Assembly (NCBI GenBank): GCA_018649885.1
Contig: JABIHA010000084.1
Coordinates: 62,001 to 126,000, forward strand
Length of the DNA: 64,000 nucleotides
Direction of reading: 5' to 3'
Source: Bacteriovoracaceae bacterium
GTDB lineage: Bacteria > Bdellovibrionota > Bacteriovoracia > Bacteriovoracales > Bacteriovoracaceae
This document shows, in pieces, positions 59,063-64,000 of the stretch; the first letter of the stretch is position 1; each line of letters starts with the position of its first letter. The notes under the pieces are model-generated. The model saw only the letters and a program-made list of their open reading frames with translations. It ran no database searches and had not been told where the DNA came from. Position numbers and translations under genes: made by a program.

Positions 59063-60325
59063 TTGGAATTGAAAAAAAAGTTGATCTATTTACTTGGTAT
59101 TATGGTCGCAATTATTCTGGCGCTCTTACCTACTTATTTTTGGTACGACATATGGACCAAAAAGAAGTTAACGGAACTTGCTAAAGGCACCCATGTTTTA
59201 AATTCTGCAGCAAATGCTATCCATAAGCGCTGGAGTCTCGGTGACTATGACGGGATTTTTAAAACCGGGGAAAAAAAGTGCGGAGGGATATTGGGAAAAA
59301 TTAAAAACCTAGATCCTTTCTTTTTCAGGTGTAACCCCAAGGTTTTGCAGTGTCTTTTCGAAAAAGATCCTGTTAAGGCCAAGTATGGAAGCAAAATATA
59401 CAATGTTAATATCAGTGCAAAATTTCCTCCGGCACGTTATCGACCAAAAACTAGAAGAATCTACCGGCCTCACCAAATTGCGGAAGATGTTTTTGATGGA
59501 GTGGAAATTGAGCTGAAGTTTCAAGGTGCTCATAAAAAGTACAGACTTCAAATCTGGCTCCAAAATATCTGCAGTGATAGCTATCTCCCCCAAAGATTTT
59601 ATGGTCATGGGGCCCGGGGGGAGAGTGATCAACTCAACTTTGATAATTTTGGTAGGACTATTTTCATTGACAAATTTTTGGTTAGAAATTCAGATATTAC
59701 TGAGTGGATTGATACCAAACCAACTGATCAAGGGATCCCTTATCCCAAGGTTGTCGATTTCCCAAAGCCTGCGACAAATCTTAGCTTGAATCAAATGAAG
59801 GCCTATTGTCAGCATAGTGGTAAACGGCTTCTGACACCCCACCTTTTTGACGCCGCTTCATTTCTGCCTAGAAACTTTGAAAACCCTAAACCCATAAAAG
59901 TCTATAAACCTCTTTATCCATGGGGCCACTTGAAGTCTCAGTTTTTCCTTCATGGTGCTCAAAAAAGAAATACAAAAATTAAAAAAGAAGATTGCCGGTA
60001 CGCTATTGTTGAAGAGTGTATGGGGCTTAAGACTATGGACGAGCAATTTGTAAACTCTACTTGGATTGAAATGTATCAAAGTTTGGGAGGAGTTTTCGAG
60101 GCCTTTAATTATTCATTTAGTCTAAAAAAGAATTTAAAACTGAGCTCGAAATACCTAAAAGCTGCTTCTCGTTGGCATCAAATAGGAAAGTATGTTGATT
60201 GGGACGGTGTAGGCTTTGGTCTAAACTCATTTGGTCTTGGTGATAGTAATGGCGTCAATATTCCCTTTTCTGAAGATGGAAAATTTGAGGTGGGCTTTAG
60301 ATGTTACAGGGAGCTTTCAAAATGA
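59063..60325 (+). CDS. Membrane-anchored protein with FGE-sulfatase-like domain
   Basis: N-terminal TM; FIDKFLV, PATNLS...AYC...GKRL, YPWG and GFRC. Confidence 0.65.
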   Translation: MELKKKLIYLLGIMVAIILALLPTYFWYDIWTKKKLTELAKGTHVLNSAANAIHKRWSLGDYDGIFKTGEKKCGGILGKIKNLDPFFFRCNPKVLQCLFEKDPVKAKYGSKIYNVNISAKFPPARYRPKTRRIYRPHQIAEDVFDGVEIELKFQGAHKKYRLQIWLQNICSDSYLPQRFYGHGARGESDQLNFDNFGRTIFIDKFLVRNSDITEWIDTKPTDQGIPYPKVVDFPKPATNLSLNQMKAYCQHSGKRLLTPHLFDAASFLPRNFENPKPIKVYKPLYPWGHLKSQFFLHGAQKRNTKIKKEDCRYAIVEECMGLKTMDEQFVNSTWIEMYQSLGGVFEAFNYSFSLKKNLKLSSKYLKAASRWHQIGKYVDWDGVGFGLNSFGLGDSNGVNIPFSEDGKFEVGFRCYRELSK

Positions 60326-61236
60326 AAATCCTTGTGGTGATTCTGTGTTTAAGTTTTCTAAGCTCCTGTAAAAAGCCTCATTTTTTAGAGGTAGAGTTTG
60401 AAACGGTTGATTTTGAAAATGCAATTTATCCAATTATGTTTGGATCTGTACAGGTGGTCTCAAAAGCAGAGTCACTCAAAAATCAAATTGGGGTGATCGA
60501 TAAACCCGAGCAGACTTGGCAAAATGTTCTAGAGTTTACTGCTCTAACTCCTCAGTTCTTTCACCAGGTTTACTGTTTAAACTATAAGATTCCGAGAAGA
60601 ATAAATTTAAAAGACCAAGATTCAAATCTAGGGATACTAGAGCTACACAAGCTTAAAGGTGAAAATTGTGAATCCACATTTTTTACTGAGCCACTTTATT
60701 CTCTTGAAAAAATTGAATGGTTTTCTTATGCCCTAGTTGCTCACAATTTTAAAATGGCGATTAAAAGGGCCGGAGAAAAAAACGAATCTCAATTTAAAAT
60801 GAAGTTTCGCTCCATTATTAGAGAAGCTGGACCAAGGGCCCGCTATAGTAGTTATGCCAGGAATGCTAAAAAATTAGGAATGCAGCTTGCCAGTATAGGA
60901 AAGAAGAAAAAATTGACGATTAAATTATTTGATCCGGCCAAAAAGGGTCAAATTTGCCAAAAGTTTGTAAAAGATTGTGCAATTTTGGAAGGAAGTTGGT
61001 GTGAGAGCTGTCCCTATTCTGTGGTTCCGATTATGAGGGCCGGTTGTACGGAAGTTTACGAATATATGTGTACTCCAAAAAACTGTGGAGAACCTTCAAT
61101 GCCAGCTTGCATGCGGGGACACTACGCTACTGGTGTTGAAAAACTCGATATGTGTAAAAATAGTGGAAAAGTAGGTTTTTGTAGAGATGGAAGTGCTCCA
61201 TTTTGCAATAGAGAGGGAGAGTTGTTTTGTCATTAG
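60322..61236 (+). CDS. Cys-rich lipoprotein
   Basis: Lipobox LSSC; Cys-rich C-terminus; ATGA overlap with the upstream gene. Confidence 0.7.
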   Translation: MKILVVILCLSFLSSCKKPHFLEVEFETVDFENAIYPIMFGSVQVVSKAESLKNQIGVIDKPEQTWQNVLEFTALTPQFFHQVYCLNYKIPRRINLKDQDSNLGILELHKLKGENCESTFFTEPLYSLEKIEWFSYALVAHNFKMAIKRAGEKNESQFKMKFRSIIREAGPRARYSSYARNAKKLGMQLASIGKKKKLTIKLFDPAKKGQICQKFVKDCAILEGSWCESCPYSVVPIMRAGCTEVYEYMCTPKNCGEPSMPACMRGHYATGVEKLDMCKNSGKVGFCRDGSAPFCNREGELFCH

Positions 61237-62231
61237 TTTGGATGATTGTCTTTTTACTATTTCCTACAGCAGCTCTATGTGAGGAGAGCTCAGCTACCTC
61301 TCAGGCCTTACAAGAATTTTTTAAAAGGCAGCAAAGCCGAGGGGAAAAACCCTTTGGGGAAAAGGGCAGTGAAAAAAGTAGCGATGTGAATTTAGGTCAG
61401 GGTGCTAAGAAAGTATCTGGAAAACTAAAATCTATGGAACAAGAGATTGGCCTAAAAAATGAAAAATCTATTTACGGCTATTCCTGGGATATTTTTGTCA
61501 GACCATTTGAGCTGTCAAAAATAAGTAAGCTTCAAAATATTACTATTGGCACTGATATTATGGACAAAGACCCCAAGATCAAAAAGTTTGGTTATGAAGG
61601 GCATTTCAAGGCCAACCGACAAAAAAGAGTAGATATTTATAGTAATAACAAAATCTCCTTCACCAATTTTGATGGTTCGGCCCAATTTTTTTACAACGAC
61701 ATTTTAGGTAAAGCTGACTATTTTGCTTTCATTGGAGGCGAAAGAGAAAAAGAAGGCGGTCTTAAATTAATCCATTACCGGATTTTGGCGGGGATAACTG
61801 GTTTAAAAATCGATTTTATAAAATCAAAAAATATTCAGGAATTTAGCTTTGGCTATATTCCTCTATTTGAACAAAGACATTTTGATAAAATAACCGATAA
61901 GTCTGATCCCAATAATATTGCCACCTCTAGGGTGGTTGATAATTTTATTCGTCACTCCTTTAGACTTAGTATTCGCATGCTTTTATGGGAGCGTGTAATT
62001 TTTCGCTCTCTTGCCATGTGGCAGCCCAAACACGACCTAAAGACAAAAGATTTTGACGCAGAAGACTCTGATTCCAAAGTCACTGCTGATTTTGTGATAA
62101 AGGTTATTAAAAACCTATCCTTTGCCTACACCACTGAATTTCTCTACAACGTGGCCAGGGAAAAACTTCATCAGCGCTCTAGCACTGATCTACACCAGGC
62201 TTTTTCGCTCGGTTATACTATTGATCTTTAA
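61227..62231 (+). CDS. Probable outer-membrane beta-barrel protein
   Basis: Signal peptide; C-terminal FSLGYTIDL. Confidence 0.6.
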   Translation: MSLVWMIVFLLFPTAALCEESSATSQALQEFFKRQQSRGEKPFGEKGSEKSSDVNLGQGAKKVSGKLKSMEQEIGLKNEKSIYGYSWDIFVRPFELSKISKLQNITIGTDIMDKDPKIKKFGYEGHFKANRQKRVDIYSNNKISFTNFDGSAQFFYNDILGKADYFAFIGGEREKEGGLKLIHYRILAGITGLKIDFIKSKNIQEFSFGYIPLFEQRHFDKITDKSDPNNIATSRVVDNFIRHSFRLSIRMLLWERVIFRSLAMWQPKHDLKTKDFDAEDSDSKVTADFVIKVIKNLSFAYTTEFLYNVAREKLHQRSSTDLHQAFSLGYTIDL

Positions 62232-62282
62232 CAAATTTCCATTATTATTTTCTTATAAGGTTATACCAAAGGAATTTGAAAG

Positions 62283-62843
62283 ATGAAAAATCTCATCGCA
62301 GTCTTTTTGACACTCTTTTTCATTAGCACGGCTTCAGCATGTCTTAAAAATTCCAATGGATCTGATATTTGTAGAGATGACTTCGTTTGGGATTTAAGCA
62401 AAAAAGGCTACGGTGTTGGTGAAGTGCTTAACGTGTTTGAAGATGTGGTCCTTGTTGACTTTGAAATAGCAAAGCAAGCTGTGGATCCAAAGCTACTCGC
62501 TGCAGAAGTTAGCTGCTTTAAAAAGATATGCCGAGGAGATTTGGTACTAGATGATTCAAAACTCAAAATGGGTATGGGCGAAGTAGGCTTTGTTTTTGAG
62601 CAAGGCTCTATGAAAGTCCAATTTGGGAAGAGTTATCTCACCAGAAATTATAAAAATCTAATCCCGCCACTGAGAATTTCATGCATGGGAGAAGTTTGTT
62701 TAGGAGACAGAGTTCTCGATAAATCAAAAATAAGAAGAGGCGTAGGTAAGGTATTTGCAATTTTTGAGGGAAATCTCTTTGCTGTGAAATATGGTAAAAG
62801 AGTCAGTATTCAAAAAAGGGTACAGTTTTCTAGAGAAAAATAA
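62283..62843 (+). CDS. Secreted protein with three ~50-aa repeats
   Basis: AAGGA SD; repeated C-x-G/D-D-x-V-x-D-x-SK...G-V/M-G-x-V-x-x-V/I-FE. Confidence 0.75.
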   Translation: MKNLIAVFLTLFFISTASACLKNSNGSDICRDDFVWDLSKKGYGVGEVLNVFEDVVLVDFEIAKQAVDPKLLAAEVSCFKKICRGDLVLDDSKLKMGMGEVGFVFEQGSMKVQFGKSYLTRNYKNLIPPLRISCMGEVCLGDRVLDKSKIRRGVGKVFAIFEGNLFAVKYGKRVSIQKRVQFSREK

Positions 62844-63749
62844 TCACGACTTCTTAATTACGGTTCTAATCTTAGCGGCAATTCTCTCAATCTCCCTATG
62901 GTAATCATTTTCCCTGAGGCGAAATTTTCTATTTTGGCCCTCTTTCAGATCATCAATATATTTTTCAAGAGCGTAAATAGGCCCGCTAATTCGATGGGCC
63001 AAAAATAACCCAAAGATAAAACAAAGAGAGCCAAGGGTCAGGACAATGGGAACCATTCCATATGCCAAAATACTGAGAACTTTTGTCTTAAAGACAGATC
63101 GTGGAATAACATCTGACATTAAACTATAAAAGAATAAGGTATTAAAAATAGTGGCAAGACTTACTACCATGACAAAAATAAAACCCAGACCATACTGAAA
63201 TCTGGGGTTGATAATTCTTAGAACTTTTCTTTGATTATTATAGAGCCACAAAACTTTTCTGTTACCGATAAAATAGCGAAGGGCCAAAAAGAGACCCACA
63301 AATATATAGACTCCACTAAAGTTAAAAGCGATTGTTTTCGAAGGTATGATCATTAGTTGAAAGTATTTAATAAAAAATCCATAAGAGAAGTAATCCCAAG
63401 TATTACTAGTGACACCCACAGCTGCTAAAGTGAGAAAGAATCGAAGCCAAAAATTTCCAGATCGCCTTAGGAAGAAAAAGCAAAATGAAGTATAGAGAAT
63501 AGAAAATATTCCAAATGAAAAACTGTGAAGAAATACTCTGGTAATTTGGTAATCTACTGAGACTAAATTGACGCCATAATCAGGTATCAGTTGCATTGCT
63601 AACACTCTATGGCCAAATATGGACAGAGGATATCCTGGGCGAACTTGGTAAATCCACATTTTAAATGAATGATCGAGAAACAAGAGCACTATAAAGAATA
63701 AAATAAGAATGAGATCTTCTCTTTGAATGGAAAATTTGAATTTTTCCAT
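62844..63749 (-). CDS. LspA-like membrane domain fused to a 2-TM/HAMP-like domain
   Basis: LDHSFK, GVTSNTWD and IAFNFSG resemble signal peptidase II motifs; C-terminal AHRISGPIYAL...LRENDY. Confidence 0.55.
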   Translation of the reverse strand: MEKFKFSIQREDLILILFFIVLLFLDHSFKMWIYQVRPGYPLSIFGHRVLAMQLIPDYGVNLVSVDYQITRVFLHSFSFGIFSILYTSFCFFFLRRSGNFWLRFFLTLAAVGVTSNTWDYFSYGFFIKYFQLMIIPSKTIAFNFSGVYIFVGLFLALRYFIGNRKVLWLYNNQRKVLRIINPRFQYGLGFIFVMVVSLATIFNTLFFYSLMSDVIPRSVFKTKVLSILAYGMVPIVLTLGSLCFIFGLFLAHRISGPIYALEKYIDDLKEGQNRKFRLRENDYHREIERIAAKIRTVIKKS

Positions 63750-63770
63750 AAATTAATTGTAGCACAAAAC

Positions 63771-64000
63771 TTAGGACTTTTTGATAGGACGGCCTTGCAT
63801 TAAAATATCGTCTCTAAAGGTCATCAGTTTTACCTTGTCGAGAAAGTAATATTCTTTAAGGGAAGAGAATGCCAAGCCGTGAATGGCCTCGATCCCTTCA
63901 CCGAAAAACTTGGGGGCTATAAAGGTACTGACTTTATCAGCTAGGCCTTCTCGAAAAAAAGAGCTAAGCACTTTTGCTCCTCCTTCAACAAAGATAGACG
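63771..64000 (-). CDS. ribD: 3' end of riboflavin biosynthesis protein RibD (reductase domain)
   Basis: SIFVEGGAKVLSSF...LADK...FIAPKFFG...DDIL; runs off the right edge. Confidence 0.8.
   Translation of the reverse strand, partial: SIFVEGGAKVLSSFFREGLADKVSTFIAPKFFGEGIEAIHGLAFSSLKEYYFLDKVKLMTFRDDILMQGRPIKKS

Overview
AT-rich bacterial chromosomal window. The many signal-peptide/lipoprotein orphans, an RCC1-repeat protein, a PrkA-like ATPase and sigma54 promoters suggest a Bdellovibrionota-like host; this is inference only. Positions 1-37.4 kb are an accessory-rich region: pcm, msrAB, S8 and zincin peptidases, Ig-like and LamG lipoproteins, two AraC-GyrI regulators with GNATs, a vWA protein and several broken genes. 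Positions 37,403-52,403 are a ~15 kb integrative mobilizable element (IME) inserted at the 3' end of tRNA-His(GTG) and bounded by the 13-bp direct repeat AAAATGGGGTGGC. It carries a mobC-relaxase-xis-integrase operon with an overprinted ORF inside the relaxase, DsrE, a Fic protein, a merR-merC-like operon without merA, and an unannotated 29-aa cationic peptide whose RBS lies in a hairpin (type I toxin-like). It also carries a defence cluster: a type IIG R-M fusion, a predicted PD-(D/E)xK-type nuclease, and a two-gene operon of a sacsin-like GHKL ATPase plus a Schlafen(AlbA_2)-HEPN protein. That operon is the best candidate for an undescribed defence system. Positions 52.5-64 kb look like core genome (SRAP, HAD, RluA-type, PrkA-like, a probable catalytically dead LspA fusion, ribD 3' end). 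All family calls are from motif recognition by eye; no searches were run.
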